Shown: positions 1 through 10,580, numbered from the stretch's first letter. The stretch is 64,000 nt of DNA from an uncultured Chloroflexia bacterium (GCA_963774265.1 CAVZDU010000001.1:928001-992000); one strand, 5' to 3'. Notes: generated by a model from the letters alone, not told the origin. Made by a program: numbers and translations.

Positions 1-2058
1 TTCTGTGAACTTGACCGCGTTGCCCAGCAGATTGACCATGATCTGGCGGACCCGGGTGACATCCCCGATGATCGCACCTGGGACCTCGGGCGCGACCTCG
101 TAGGCCAGCTCCAATCCCTTCTCGGCTGCCTTCACCCGCAAAAGATCCATGGCCGATTCCACGCATTCACGCGGGTCAAAGGGCTGCTCCTCCAGCGCCA
201 TCTTGCCGGCCTCGATCTTGGAAAAGTCGAGGATGTCGTTGATGATCGTCAGGAGGTTATCGCTGCTGATCCGGATGGTCTCTGCGAAATCGCGCTGTTC
301 AGTGTCCAGCTCCGTGTTCATTAATAGCCCGCTCATGCCGATGATGGCGTTCATCGGCGTGCGGATCTCATGGCTCATCATAGCCAGAAAGGCGCTCTTG
401 GCCTGGGTCGCCGCCTCCGCCGCCTCCTTGGCCTGATGCAGCTCGGCGAACAAACGCGCGTTCTCGACCGCCACCGCGGCTTGCCGCGCCAGCCCGACCA
501 GGAAGTCCAGATCCACCTTGGTGAACAACCCTTTTCGCCGATCCCGGTAGACCGAGAGCAAACCGACGGTCCGTCCCTGAGCGATCAGGGGCGCGATCAT
601 CAGGGTCTCCGGCGACTCTTCCACTTCCGGCGTGCCTTCGACGTGAACGCCGCGCGGATCAGCATCCGGGTTGTCGATCACCTCGGCGAGGCCGGTCTGG
701 GCGATGCTGCCGTGGATGCCGCGGTTCAACTCGATCACGTCGGACTTGAACTGCTCCGCATACAGGCCTAACGCCACGGTCGTGTGAAAGGTCTGACCAT
801 CGGGCGCGGCCAGCCGCAAGATGGTATCCTGTGCGTCGAAGAGTCGGTACACGTGGGCGGCGATGTTGCCGAGCACGGTCTCCAACTGCAACGTCGCCGA
901 CACCTCGCGGCCCACTTCGGCAATGGCTGCCATCTGGCTGGCACGACGCTGGGTTTCCTGGTAGAGCCGGGCATTCTGGATAGCCGTGCCCACATTGGCC
1001 GCGATGGTGTTCAGCAAGCGAGCGTCCTGGTCGCCGAAGCGGTCCTCATGCTGGGTGCTCTGCACGCTGATGACGCCCAGGGCAAGTTTGCCGACGGTGA
1101 TAGGCACGCCCAGATATGACTTGACTGGCAGACCAACCACAGGTGCACCCAACTCGGCAGAGCGGATCGCCACGTCCCGATTAATGAGCACTGGCTCTCT
1201 TGTACGGATGATGCGCGAGGTGAGCCCCAGCCCGAATGGAATCGGAGCCATCTCTTCGCCGAACGCATAGGGGAAGCGGACGAGGTCTACCTGGGGGTCG
1301 TGGAGTGCGACGTAGACGATGTCCGCCGCGAAGGTTTGGCGCACCTGTTCCCCCACCAGGCGAATCAGGGTGTCCAGCTCCAGCTCGGACGTGAGCGCCT
1401 GGCTGATGCGGTTAACTGTGGACAGCTCCGCGGTGCGCCGCTCACTCTCGGCCAGCAGCCGCCTCGTCTCCTCAAAGAGTCGCGCGTTTTCGATGGCCAC
1501 GCCCATATTTGATGCGAGCGTCGAGAGCAGCCGAACGCTGACCTTGTCGTAGGCGTTTTGGCGGTAGCTCTGCACGCTCGCCACGCCGATGACGTGGGCG
1601 CCGACCACGATCGGCACGCCAAGATAGGATTGGACGATCTCCTCGTCTGGCGCATCCACAAAGTATAGAGCGCCCGCGTCGCGTTGCTCTTTCAACGTAG
1701 CGAGGAGCAGCGGCTCGCGCGTGCGGATAACGATGGAAGTTAGACCCTGGCCCAGCGGGAACGGCGGGCCAATTGGCACATACTCCCGATCGTACTCGTA
1801 CACGACCCGAAGCAGTGCGCACTCAGCGTCATACAGGATGATGTTCGCGACCTCTGTCTGGAAGATATCGCGAACTTTATCCCCGACGATGCGAACGATG
1901 GTGTCCACGTCGAGTTGGCTCGCCATGGCCTCGCCCACGCTGTTGATGATCGCCAGCTCGGCGCTCCGCCGCGCCAGGTCGTCGTTGGCGGCCTGAAGCT
2001 CGGCTGTGCACTGCTCGATACGGCGTTCCAGCGCCGCGACAACTGCGACGTATTCCAA
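1..2058 (-). CDS. Multi-GAF sensor histidine kinase (probably hybrid), 3' end outside window
   Basis: Manual translation of the minus strand: [30 protein letters not shown] (GAF start), H-box [30 protein letters not shown] and N-box [15 protein letters not shown] all fall in the same frame. The TTG start at 2058 is tentative. Confidence 0.9.
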   Translation of the reverse strand, partial: MEYVAVVAALERRIEQCTAELQAANDDLARRSAELAIINSVGEAMASQLDVDTIVRIVGDKVRDIFQTEVANIILYDAECALLRVVYEYDREYVPIGPPFPLGQGLTSIVIRTREPLLLATLKEQRDAGALYFVDAPDEEIVQSYLGVPIVVGAHVIGVASVQSYRQNAYDKVSVRLLSTLASNMGVAIENARLFEETRRLLAESERRTAELSTVNRISQALTSELELDTLIRLVGEQVRQTFAADIVYVALHDPQVDLVRFPYAFGEEMAPIPFGLGLTSRIIRTREPVLINRDVAIRSAELGAPVVGLPVKSYLGVPITVGKLALGVISVQSTQHEDRFGDQDARLLNTIAANVGTAIQNARLYQETQRRASQMAAIAEVGREVSATLQLETVLGNIAAHVYRLFDAQDTILRLAAPDGQTFHTTVALGLYAEQFKSDVIELNRGIHGSIAQTGLAEVIDNPDADPRGVHVEGTPEVEESPETLMIAPLIAQGRTVGLLSVYRDRRKGLFTKVDLDFLVGLARQAAVAVENARLFAELHQAKEAAEAATQAKSAFLAMMSHEIRTPMNAIIGMSGLLMNTELDTEQRDFAETIRISSDNLLTIINDILDFSKIEAGKMALEEQPFDPRECVESAMDLLRVKAAEKGLELAYEVAPEVPGAIIGDVTRVRQIMVNLLGNAVKFTE

Positions 2059-2097
2059 TGCTTCTAGGTCGCGAAGGAGTCCTTCATCGCATGTCTT

Positions 2098-3361
2098 TCA
2101 GGATGCCCGTATCGCCACTAGTGCCACGTCGTCTGCCTGCACCGCTGTGCCCCGGTGGGCTGCCAGCTCTCGCCAGATTTCGTCACACAGGCGCTGCGCC
2201 GTGCAGCGATGCCCTGCCGCACATGCTGCTGCCTGTAGGCGCTCTATTCCAAACAGGTCTTCGGTAGAATCGGTCATATCCGTCGCGCCGTCTGTGTATA
2301 ACAGGAGGGCGTTGCCTGGCGACAGCGAAACAGTCTGTTCATCCAGGGTGATGTTGTCGAACAGTCCCAACGGTACGCCTTGTCCATGCGCCGCAAGACG
2401 TGCGCTGCCGTCCGCTTCCAGTAGTAGGGGTAGTTCGTGTCCGGCGCGTGCGTAGGCAAAGGTGTGCTGTTGTGAGTCGAGGACACCATAGAGCAGTGTG
2501 ACAAACATCCCCTCATCGTTCATGTCCAGGAGCAAGCGATTAACACGCTCCAGAACCTGGCGCGGCGATGCGGCGCGCGGCCATGCGGCGCGTGTCGCTT
2601 CCGCGCGCAACAGGCTGCGCGTCAATGCCATAAAGATCGCGGCCGGCACACCTTTGTCCGAGACATCCCCGACCGCAACGCCCAGCTTGCCTTTGCCCAG
2701 CGAAATGAAGTCGTACAGGTCACCCCCGACCGCCCGGGCAGGGATGAAGCACGCCCCAAAGTCGTATCCGGGTAGGCGTGGGAGCTCGGTAGGGAGGATG
2801 CTCTGCTGAATGCGCTGGGCCGTGCGCAGTTCCTGCTCCAGCCGCTCTTTTACGATCAGCTGCGCTTGTGCAGCTTTCAAGTCTGAATACGCCTGACTCA
2901 GCTCTTGATTCTTGGCGCGGCAGATCAACAATCGTGGCGTTTAGGGAATCGCGGAGGCGAAGGCTGAGCACTCGCATCATCTCCAGCGCGAGCGTGGGGC
3001 GCTTTTGGAGGAGGCGGTCGAAGTCAGCCCGGCTGAGGGAGAGGAGCCGTACCGGCGATCTGGTGCGTACGGTGGCGGTCCGCAGGCCATCAGGGTCGAG
3101 CAAGCCCATTTCGCCGAAAAACTCCCCCGGCCCCCGCACTGCGATAAGGAAATCTCGCCCGCTCTCGAGCGCTTTACCAACTTCTACCTGACCTTCTACA
3201 ACCACGTAGAAGCGGTCACCTGCCTCGCCCTCCGAAAAGAGTGTATGCCCGGCCGGAAAAACGTTGTCCTCCAGCACTTCCGCGAGGTAGCTTGCCTCAG
3301 CAACCCCAATCTCGGTGAAGATCGGGATGCTTTCGAGGTGAGTCAAGGTGTCGGCGTGCAT
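2098..3361 (-). CDS. Cyclic-nucleotide-binding domain fused to SpoIIE/RsbU-type PP2C phosphatase (frameshift near 2930)
   Basis: ORF 2720..3361 has cNMP motifs GEFFGEMGLL and RTATVR. ORF 2098..2931 has VGGDLYD, GDVSDKG, YTDG and DDVAL. Confidence 0.88.
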
Positions 3362-3456
3362 TGCCGTGCCCCCTGCACTGATCCGGGTAGCCCGATGCGG
3401 ACCACCCGATGCGGGTATAGCGATCGGTGATATGAAGTTGACGTACGCTGCGAGAA

Positions 3457-3789
3457 CTAGAAGCTCCCGACGGCTTCAGTGTCGGAAGGATAGATCTTGA
3501 AGTGGATATTCAGGCTGGTTAGTTCAAGCACCCGTTGAACAGCCTCGGAGAGTTCTGAGAGGCGCAAATCTCCCCGGCTCTTCCGGCAGGTGCTCAGTGT
3601 CGCGATCAGGACGCGCAGGGCGCCGCTGCTGATGAAGGTCACGTCGGCCATGTTGATGATCAACCGGTGGTGGCCGGCGCTCGTGAGGGCTTCCAGTTTC
3701 TGCTGGAGTTCAGGGGCCACGCTGCTATCGATGCGGCCGCCCAGGTCGACCAAACTGGAGCGTTTGAATTCGGTCACGATGAAATCCAT
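3457..3789 (-). CDS. STAS-domain anti-sigma factor antagonist (RsbV/SpoIIAA-like)
   Basis: GRID..A and INMADVTFISSGALRVL motifs; AGGAGG RBS before ATG 3789. Confidence 0.92.
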   Translation of the reverse strand: MDFIVTEFKRSSLVDLGGRIDSSVAPELQQKLEALTSAGHHRLIINMADVTFISSGALRVLIATLSTCRKSRGDLRLSELSEAVQRVLELTSLNIHFKIYPSDTEAVGSF

Positions 3790-3858
3790 GAGCACCTCCT
3801 TCTGCGGCGCAGACGCCGGCGACTTCGGCCGGATTTGGGTGGTGTGTGCAGGTGACTG

Positions 3859-3948
3859 ATTCTAGCATCCCGGTATGGGAACGTCAATAGTTTACGCGAT
3901 TGCGCCACTTCTGGCGCCGTTGACCCTCGATTTCTCGTGTGCTATAGT
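3859..3948. promoter_or_regulatory. Divergent sigma70-type promoters for the STAS operon and the fumarate hydratase genes
   Basis: Minus strand TTGACG-17-TAGAAT (3887-3859). Plus strand TTGACC-17-TATAGT (3920-3948) with extended -10 TG. Confidence 0.65.
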
Positions 3949-3989
3949 TGGCACGGTGAAAGCAATGATTCTCGTTGGAAGGAGTGGCC

Positions 3990-4859
3990 ATGGAAAATCT
4001 CGTTCCGCACTTTCTGGAGCTGATCCGCCGGGCGGCCACTGATCTGCCGGCCGACATCGAGGCCGCTCTGCGCCGGGCGCGCGAGGTGGAAGACGCCGGC
4101 TCTGCGGCCCAAACCACCTTCGACGCCATCCTCGAAAACGTGCGGATGTCCCGCGCCGGCTCGACGCCGATCTGCCAGGACACCGGCACGCCGATCTTCT
4201 ACGTCTATTACCCGACCGGCTGGTCGACCCTGGCGCTCAAGAAGCAGATTCGCGAGGCGGTCGCCGAGGCGACGGCGAAGTCGTACCTGCGGCCCAACTC
4301 GGTCGACACCCTGACCGGCAAGAACACCGGCAACAACCTGGGCGACGATTTCCCCTACTTCCATTTCGAGGAGTGGGAGGAGCCATATCTCAAGGTCGAT
4401 CTGATGCTCAAGGGCGGCGGCTGCGAGAACGTTGGCGCGCAGTACAGCCTGCCCGACACCCGGCTTGAGCGCCAATCGCGACCTGGAGGGCGTGCGCCGC
4501 GCGGTGCTCGATGCGGTGCAGCAGGCCCAGGGTATGGGGTGTGCGCCCGCGGTCATCGGCGTCGCGGTCGGCGGCGACCGGGGTTCGAGCTATATCAAGT
4601 CCAAGGAGCAGTTCTATCGCCCGCTGGACGACGAGAACCCGATCCGAGGCTCGCGGCGCTGGAGAAGCGCCTGACGCGCGAGGCCAACACGCTCGGCATC
4701 GGCCCGATGGGCTTCGGCGGCAAGACGACGGTGCTGTCGGTGAAGATCGACTCGCTGGAACGTCTCCCCGCCAGCTATTTCGTTACGGCTTCCTATATGT
4801 GCTGGGCTGACCGCCGCCGGACGTTGATGTATCGCGACGGCCAGGTGACGATTGAGTGA
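3990..4859 (+). CDS. Class I fumarate hydratase/tartrate dehydratase alpha subunit (internal compensating frameshifts)
   Basis: PICQDTG, KGGGCEN, GCAP, GIGPMGFGGKTT and C-terminal MCWADRR motifs spread over frames. Confidence 0.9.
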   Translation: MENLVPHFLELIRRAATDLPADIEAALRRAREVEDAGSAAQTTFDAILENVRMSRAGSTPICQDTGTPIFYVYYPTGWSTLALKKQIREAVAEATAKSYLRPNSVDTLTGKNTGNNLGDDFPYFHFEEWEEPYLKVDLMLKGGGCENVGAQYSLPDTRLERQSRPGGRAPRGARCGAAGPGYGVCARGHRRRGRRRPGFELYQVQGAVLSPAGRREPDPRLAALEKRLTREANTLGIGPMGFGGKTTVLSVKIDSLERLPASYFVTASYMCWADRRRTLMYRDGQVTIE

Positions 4860-4867
4860 GGTGGCTG

Positions 4868-5490
4868 ATGGCTGTCTATGATCTGCAAATCCCGATCAGC
4901 GAAGAAGCGATTCGCACGCTGCACGTCGGCGACCAGGTGCGGCTGTACGGTCTGATGGTGACCGCGCGCGACGCGGCGCATAAGTATCATGAAGGACACC
5001 TTCTTTCAGGGGCCCGAAATCCCGGAAAGCGACCGCGTGACCCACGATGAACTTGCGCGCCTCTGGCGCGGTGGGGTCATGTACCACTGCGGCCCAGTGG
5101 TGAGCCGGAGTGAGGATGGTCGTTGGCATTTCGTCTCCGCCGGCCCCACGACCAGCATTCGTGAGGAGCCCTACGAGGCGGATGTGATCGCGACACTTCG
5201 GCCTGCGGGCCGTTATCGGCAAGGGTGGTATGGGGCCCAAGACGCTTGCTGCGTGCCAGCAGTACGGTGCTGTGTACCTGCACGCAGTTGGCGGCGCCGC
5301 TACGCTCATCGCCAGCCATGTCAAGGAAGTTGTCGATGTGTTCAAGAAGGACGAACTCGGTGTGCCGGAGGCGTTCTGGGTGGTGCGCGTCGAAGGTTTT
5401 CCGGTCGTGGTGACGATGGACTCGCACGGCGTGAGCCTGCATGAGAAGCTGCTGGAGGAATCGCGCGAGAAGCTGAACGCTCTCCTCTAG
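4868..5490 (+). CDS. Class I fumarate hydratase/tartrate dehydratase beta subunit (frameshifted)
   Basis: TARDAAH, YHCGP, AGPTTS, GKGGMG and MDSHG motifs across three ORF fragments. Confidence 0.9.
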
Positions 5491-5678
5491 ATCATGCCCG
5501 GCAGTTTGTCCGGGTCGCCACAGTGACGGCGCTCGATTTCCAGGACCTTACGGCGCAACCGTCGGATGAAGTCGAGCGCCGCCGCCTCATCTTCGTCCTG
5601 CGCGATCATTTTCAACTCGACCACCTCTTCTGCGCTCAGCGAAATCCCCAACCCGAATTGCTTGCCACTGCTTGCCAT
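5487..5678 (-). CDS. Small hypothetical protein
   Basis: 63-aa ORF with ATG and protein-like composition, converging on the fumarase beta stop. Confidence 0.55.
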   Translation of the reverse strand: MASSGKQFGLGISLSAEEVVELKMIAQDEDEAAALDFIRRLRRKVLEIERRHCGDPDKLPGMI

Positions 5679-5823
5679 AGAAATTCCGCTCCGTCATTTG
5701 ATTCTTGTGTGCCCCATAGTATACTATGCTGACTCCTTACAAGACCAGCTGATGCTGATGTTACGGAAGCGGGAGGAAGATATCCCTGGCACACCGCAGA
5801 ATAATGGGAAGAGGAGAGGCACG

Positions 5824-6216
5824 ATGGGTTTGTTCAAGCGTCTAATGGGTGGCGACAAGGAAGAAGTGTCTGTGGAAGGCGGCGAGCCGACCGCTGCGCC
5901 GCGCCATTTGACCGGTGACGAGTTTGACCAGGTGATCTCACAGAGCGAGACGCCGGTCATGGTCGATTTTTGGGCGGAGTGGTGCGGACCATGCCATGCC
6001 ATCGCGCCGTCGGTCGCCAAGATTGCTGTAGAATTCGACGGCCGAGCCGTGGTGGCGAAGCTTAACGCGGACGATTATCCTGACATCCTTGGCCGATATG
6101 GTATCATGGGGATCCCAACCTTGATTTACTTCAAGGGTGGCGAGGAGGTCGACCGGGTGGTGGGTGTGACCCCCTACGGTGCGCTCAAGGGCAAGTTGGA
6201 GCGGCTGCTCGCGTAG
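5824..6216 (+). CDS. trxA: Thioredoxin
   Basis: VDFWAEWCGPC and GIPT motifs; GAGGAG RBS before ATG 5824. Confidence 0.93.
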   Translation: MGLFKRLMGGDKEEVSVEGGEPTAAPRHLTGDEFDQVISQSETPVMVDFWAEWCGPCHAIAPSVAKIAVEFDGRAVVAKLNADDYPDILGRYGIMGIPTLIYFKGGEEVDRVVGVTPYGALKGKLERLLA

Positions 6217-6242
6217 GCTGAGCAAAACACAGTCGGCGGTCG

Positions 6243-6278
6243 GACCCGGGAGGCCCCTGAGCCTTTCGGGTCTTTTTT
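6243..6278 (+). terminator. Intrinsic terminator after trxA
   Basis: GACCCGGGAGGC..GCCTTTCGGGTC hairpin followed by T6. Confidence 0.75.
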
Positions 6279-6349
6279 CGTAACGTGAGGCGCATCTTCT
6301 GCATCGAAAGGAGCAGCATACGGCTACCGTATACAGCACCGAAGCGGAT

Positions 6350-6916
6350 TTGATCGCAGCTGCGCAGGCCGGCCAGCAGGAAGCGTACACCGAGATCGTG
6401 GAGCGGCACTCTGCGACGGTTTACAACCTGGCGCTGCGGCTGATGAAGGACCCGCACGATGCCGAAGAAGTCTTGCAGGAGACGTTCATCAGCGCGTTTC
6501 GGGCGTTGCCCAAATTCGAGGGCCGGAGCCAGTTGGGCACGTGGCTCTACCGCATCGGCTACAACGCGGCGCTCATGCGGCTGCGCAAACGGCAGCCGCC
6601 GACCGAGTCGCTTGACGAGCCGGTTACGACCGAAGATGGCGATCAGATGCCGCGGCAACTCGTCGATTGGGGATCGGTGCCGGATGACTTGTTGCTCAAC
6701 CGGGAGCTGCGGACGGTGCTCAACGCAGCTCTGGAGACGCTGCCGGCGAAGTTGAAGACGGTCTTTGTGCTGCGGGACATCGAGGGCCTGTCGACGGCCG
6801 AAACAGCCGAGGTCCTCGGTCTGACAGAGACCAACGTGAAGGTGCGCCTGCATCGAGCGCGGGTGGCCCTGCGCGAGCGCCTCACCGGATACTTCGCGAC
6901 GCCGCAGGCAGCGTGA
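6350..6916 (+). CDS. ECF RNA polymerase sigma factor
   Basis: DAEEVLQETF, TWLYRI, region 4 EIAEVL-like TAEVLG and VKVRLHRAR. Start uncertain. Confidence 0.93.
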   Translation: MIAAAQAGQQEAYTEIVERHSATVYNLALRLMKDPHDAEEVLQETFISAFRALPKFEGRSQLGTWLYRIGYNAALMRLRKRQPPTESLDEPVTTEDGDQMPRQLVDWGSVPDDLLLNRELRTVLNAALETLPAKLKTVFVLRDIEGLSTAETAEVLGLTETNVKVRLHRARVALRERLTGYFATPQAA

Positions 6917-6938
6917 TTGAGATTGGAGGAGACGGACG

Positions 6939-7178
6939 TTGTTGTGCAAAGAGATGTTGGGGAAGCTTTCTGACTACATCGACGGCGAGCTGGAAGCAGA
7001 GCTGTGTGCAAAGATCGAGCATCACGTTGCTGAGTGCACCAACTGCAACATCGTTGTCGACACGCTGCGCAGAACCGTAACCCTGTATCATGACCACGGT
7101 CACGAGGCGTTGCCAGAAGATGTGAAACAGCGGCTCCTTGCCGCGCTTGACCTGGGACCGAACGTCGATTTGCGTTAA
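6939..7178 (+). CDS. Soluble zinc-finger (ZAS/zf-HC2) anti-sigma factor
   Basis: C...LSDYIDGEL...HVAECTNC (HxxxCxxC) directly after the ECF gene. Confidence 0.88.
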   Translation: MLCKEMLGKLSDYIDGELEAELCAKIEHHVAECTNCNIVVDTLRRTVTLYHDHGHEALPEDVKQRLLAALDLGPNVDLR

Positions 7179-7209
7179 CCGTCTGCCCTGCATATAATGA
7201 CGAACGTTC

Positions 7210-7283
7210 GGGCGGTTAGCTCAGTTGGCTAGAGCGCAGCGTTGACATCGCTGAGGTCAGAGGTTCAAGCCCTCTACCGCCCA
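7210..7283 (+). tRNA. tRNA-Val(GAC)
   Basis: Acceptor GGGCGGT/ACCGCCC, anticodon arm CAGCG-TTGACAT-CGCTG, GGTTCAA T-loop; CCA not encoded. Confidence 0.95.
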
Positions 7284-7294
7284 CTCAAATAGCC

Positions 7295-7531
7295 AAAGCG
7301 ACGATCGGGACGAGTAGGTGACGCGCGACGTCAGAGAGGGCGGGACGATGGCTGGAAGCCTGCCTCGCACAGCATCACCGAAGACCCCCCGGGAGCGGAG
7401 CCCAGAATGGTGAGTAAGGGTTCCCGGATGGCACCGTTACAGGCCCGTTGAGATGGCGCACGACTACTGTGGGTGCGCTAACTTGGGTGGAACCGCGAGG
7501 CCCCTCGCCCCAACGGCGAAGGGGCTTTTCA
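7295..7531 (+). promoter_or_regulatory. T-box riboswitch, threonine specifier
   Basis: AGTA, AGAGA and GGCTGGAA stem I motifs, specifier ACC at 7384-7386, T-box AACTTGGGTGGAACCGCG at 7480-7497, then a terminator hairpin with T tract. Confidence 0.88.
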
Positions 7532-7551
7532 TTTAATCCGTTTGGTGCGGC

Positions 7552-8031
7552 TCAGAGCCAGTCGATCAGTCGCCCTACTGCGTCTCGACGTTCGCCAGAT
7601 TGATCGGCCCAGGCAGGGGGACGGTCACCTGGGGCGTATCGTTGGGCATAACGAGCGTTGTCAGGGTTGTACAGGGATCCGTCGAGGCACATGCCGCGAC
7701 GCATAATCAGGTATTCGGCCCAATTGGCCTGTCGTTCCTTAACAGATAGGATGAAATGTTCACCCGTGACGCGCCGGCCCCAGGCGACGATGCCATAGTG
7801 ACGCAGAAGTGCCTCCACGTCTGCGCCAGACCACCCCGCGTCCCGGCGAATGCGGAACGTCCAACTGCCCGCACCGACTGCGGTGCGGGCGGCTTCGGCA
7901 ACCAGCCCGACCCCCGCGGGACCTTTTGCGGCGCCTTTCCAGTTCGCGTGAATGAACGACGAGAAGACGCCTTCCAGGCGATCGATCCAGTTGAAAGTAT
8001 CGAGAAAATCGTCTAAACTCATGGTGGTCAT
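7552..8031 (-). CDS. Hypothetical protein
   Basis: ORF with AAAGGAG RBS before ATG 8031; no family recognised. Confidence 0.7.
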   Translation of the reverse strand: MTTMSLDDFLDTFNWIDRLEGVFSSFIHANWKGAAKGPAGVGLVAEAARTAVGAGSWTFRIRRDAGWSGADVEALLRHYGIVAWGRRVTGEHFILSVKERQANWAEYLIMRRGMCLDGSLYNPDNARYAQRYAPGDRPPAWADQSGERRDAVGRLIDWL

Positions 8032-8162
8032 CTCCTTTCGCACCCACGTAAGGGTGCGAAACCTAGAATAGCACAAGCGTGCACGCTCGTCAAGTGGCAC
8101 CGAACGAGCGTTCACTTTTCTCCGTGATGTAGCCAGCTTTCAGTCTCGCGAGGAGGCGCGCT

Positions 8163-8510
8163 ATGGAGGAACTCCGCTGGTTCTTGGGTGGGCTGTTGGA
8201 GTTGGTGCGGGCATACGTTCTAGGGTGGGCGCGCGCCGGGGAGGTAGTAGGCGAGGAGTTCGGATGGGCCCTTCCGCCGGTTGTTGCCCAGCTTATTGGA
8301 GTTCTTTTTGGAGTGGCCATTCTGGTTGCATTCATGAATCGGGTTTTCAAGTGGGCCCCGAAAGGTAATCAACCTCAGGCGTTTCCACTTAAGACGGCGG
8401 AGACGCCAGCGCAGATCATGTCCAAGGATCGCGACGGTTTCTTGGGGTTGTTGGTGAAGATCGTTTTCTTGGGAGTGGTATTGGCACTCATCATCTCGGT
8501 GCGTCAATAG
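8163..8510 (+). CDS. Small hypothetical membrane protein
   Basis: GAGGAGG RBS and two hydrophobic segments. Confidence 0.7.
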   Translation: MEELRWFLGGLLELVRAYVLGWARAGEVVGEEFGWALPPVVAQLIGVLFGVAILVAFMNRVFKWAPKGNQPQAFPLKTAETPAQIMSKDRDGFLGLLVKIVFLGVVLALIISVRQ

Positions 8511-8544
8511 GGGCGTCGAGATTAGTTACAGTAAGGAGGCCAAC

Positions 8545-10377
8545 ATGGCCGTAAAAGACAAACAATCTGGTGACGAAGAGATGCTGCGTAAATTGCGCCA
8601 CTCCGCCTCGCACGTCATGGCGGAGGCGGTGTTGCAGTTGTACCCGCACGCGAAGATCGCGATCGGCCCGGCCATCGACACGGGCTTTTACTATGATTTC
8701 GACCTGGGCAAGGATGAGCAGGGGAAGCCGCGCACTTTTTCCCCCGAGGATTTGGCGGAGATCGAAAAGCGCATGCGGCAGTCCATCGCTGCCAGGCGGC
8801 CCTTTGAAAGCCGCCAGGTGTCTGCCGAAGAGGCGCGCTCGCTCTTCGGCGATCAGCCCTACAAGCTGGAGCTGATCGATGGTCTCGCCCAGGGCGGCCT
8901 TGATGAGGATGGCAACGAGATTCAGGGTCCGGTCCCGATGAGCACGTACAGGCACGGGGGCTTCGAGGATCTGTGCCGCGGCCCGCATCTCGATAACACC
9001 GGCCAGATTCCGCCCGATGCTTTCAAGCTGATGACGGTCGCAGGTGCGTACTGGCGCGGGGACGAACACAACCCCATGCTTCAGCGTATCTACGGCACCG
9101 CGTGGCGCAATAAGAACGAGCTTCAGCAGTATCTCACCATGCTGGAAGAGGCCAGGAAGCGGGACCACCGCGTCCTGGGGCAGCAACTCGGCATCTTTGT
9201 CTTCGATCAGGAGGTCGGCCCTGGCTTGCCGCTGTGGCTGCCGAATGGCGCCATCATGATCGAGGAGCTCGAAGCCCTGGCCAAGGAGGTTGAGCTGAAG
9301 GCGGGTTACAAGCGCGTGCGCACGCCGCACTTGGCCAAGGAAGACCTGTTCCTGCACAGCGGCCATCTGCCGTATTACGCGGAGAGCATGTATCCGCCCA
9401 TGGAGCTGGAGGGCGTCCGTTATTACGTCAAGCCGATGAACTGCCCCATGCATCACAAGCTCTTTGCCGCGCAACCGCACTCGTACCGCGATCTGCCCCT
9501 GCGGTATGCCGAGTATGGCACGTGCTACCGTTACGAGAAGAGCGGTGAGCTGTTCGGGCTGATGCGGGTGCGCTCCATGCAGATGAACGATGCGCACATT
9601 TACTGCTCCGAGGAGCAGTTCGAGCAGGAGTTCATGGCGGTCATCGACCTGTATCTGCTCTACTTCAAGCAGTTCGACATCGAGAAATACGTGATGCGTT
9701 TCAGCACGCACCACAAGAAGGGCCTGGGCAAGAAGTACATCGATAACGAACGGCTGTGGCTGAAGACCGAGGACATGGTGCGCCGCGCCATGACGAACGG
9801 CGGTATTCCGTTTGTGGAGCAGGCCGACGAGGCCGCCTTCTATGGACCCAAAATCGATGTGCAGGTGTGGAGCGCCATCGGAAAGGAGTTCACGCTGGGA
9901 ACGAACCAGGTGGACTTCGCGCAGCCTGCCCGGTTCGACCTGACGTTCATCAGCCAGGGCGGCGAGGAACAGACGCCACTGTGCATCCACCGCGCGCCGC
10001 TCGGCACGCATGAGCGGTTCGTCGGCTTCCTGATCGAGCATTACGCGGGCAATTTCCCCGTGTGGATCGCACCGGAGCAGGTGCGGGTGATTCCGATCAC
10101 CGATGCGCATGTGGCGTACGCAGAAGGCATCAATGCCCGGCTGGTGGAGCTGGGCGTGCGCTCTAGGGTGGACGCGGCCTCGGAGCGGATGAACGCCAAG
10201 ATTCGCAGCGCGCAGTTGATGAAGGTGCCCTACATGCTTGTCGTTGGCGATCAGGAAGCCTCGGCCAATACCGTGTCACTGCGCAAGCGGGATGGCAGCC
10301 GGCAGGACGGCATGCCGGTGGACGCGTTTGCCGCTCTAGTCACCGAGCGAATCAAGACGCGCGCCGGCGCCCTTTAG
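8545..10377 (+). CDS. thrS: Threonine--tRNA ligase
   Basis: RHSASH, DLCRGPH, KPMNCP, AAFYGPKID and CIHRA motifs; lacks the N-terminal TGS domain. Confidence 0.98.
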   Translation: MAVKDKQSGDEEMLRKLRHSASHVMAEAVLQLYPHAKIAIGPAIDTGFYYDFDLGKDEQGKPRTFSPEDLAEIEKRMRQSIAARRPFESRQVSAEEARSLFGDQPYKLELIDGLAQGGLDEDGNEIQGPVPMSTYRHGGFEDLCRGPHLDNTGQIPPDAFKLMTVAGAYWRGDEHNPMLQRIYGTAWRNKNELQQYLTMLEEARKRDHRVLGQQLGIFVFDQEVGPGLPLWLPNGAIMIEELEALAKEVELKAGYKRVRTPHLAKEDLFLHSGHLPYYAESMYPPMELEGVRYYVKPMNCPMHHKLFAAQPHSYRDLPLRYAEYGTCYRYEKSGELFGLMRVRSMQMNDAHIYCSEEQFEQEFMAVIDLYLLYFKQFDIEKYVMRFSTHHKKGLGKKYIDNERLWLKTEDMVRRAMTNGGIPFVEQADEAAFYGPKIDVQVWSAIGKEFTLGTNQVDFAQPARFDLTFISQGGEEQTPLCIHRAPLGTHERFVGFLIEHYAGNFPVWIAPEQVRVIPITDAHVAYAEGINARLVELGVRSRVDAASERMNAKIRSAQLMKVPYMLVVGDQEASANTVSLRKRDGSRQDGMPVDAFAALVTERIKTRAGAL

Positions 10378-10468
10378 GCACAAGACCTCCGAGATCTCGC
10401 CGTTTGGGAGCCATCCCGCGGGGATCTCGGGGGTCTTGACGGAGGGGCCTCGAAAGTGCGGCCCGTTT

Positions 10469-10497
10469 TTGACACCCTCCTCTCGTTATGTTATAGT
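10469..10497 (+). promoter_or_regulatory. sigma70 promoter of infC-rpmI-rplT
   Basis: TTGACA-17-TATAGT with extended -10 TG. Confidence 0.8.
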
Positions 10498-10580
10498 TTC
10501 ATTTCGTCACCGCGCTACGCGGTGACGGCGCGTATTAGCCTTGGCCGGTTTTCCGGCCCCAGTTTTCGAGGTGTGTTCGT

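Noticed and set aside
2058-2100. TGA read-through (selenocysteine) fusing the PP2C gene to the in-frame histidine kinase
   Set aside because: The PP2C domain ends normally at this TGA, there is no redox motif or evident SECIS, and same-frame adjacency happens one time in three by chance.
7210-8510. Integrative element at tRNA-Val
   Set aside because: There is no integrase and no duplicated tRNA 3' end, and the T-box directly follows the tRNA.
8491-10110. Long antisense ORFs (also 32635-34152, 24552-25769, 49551-50831)
   Set aside because: These are shadow ORFs of GC-rich genes with no recognisable motifs.
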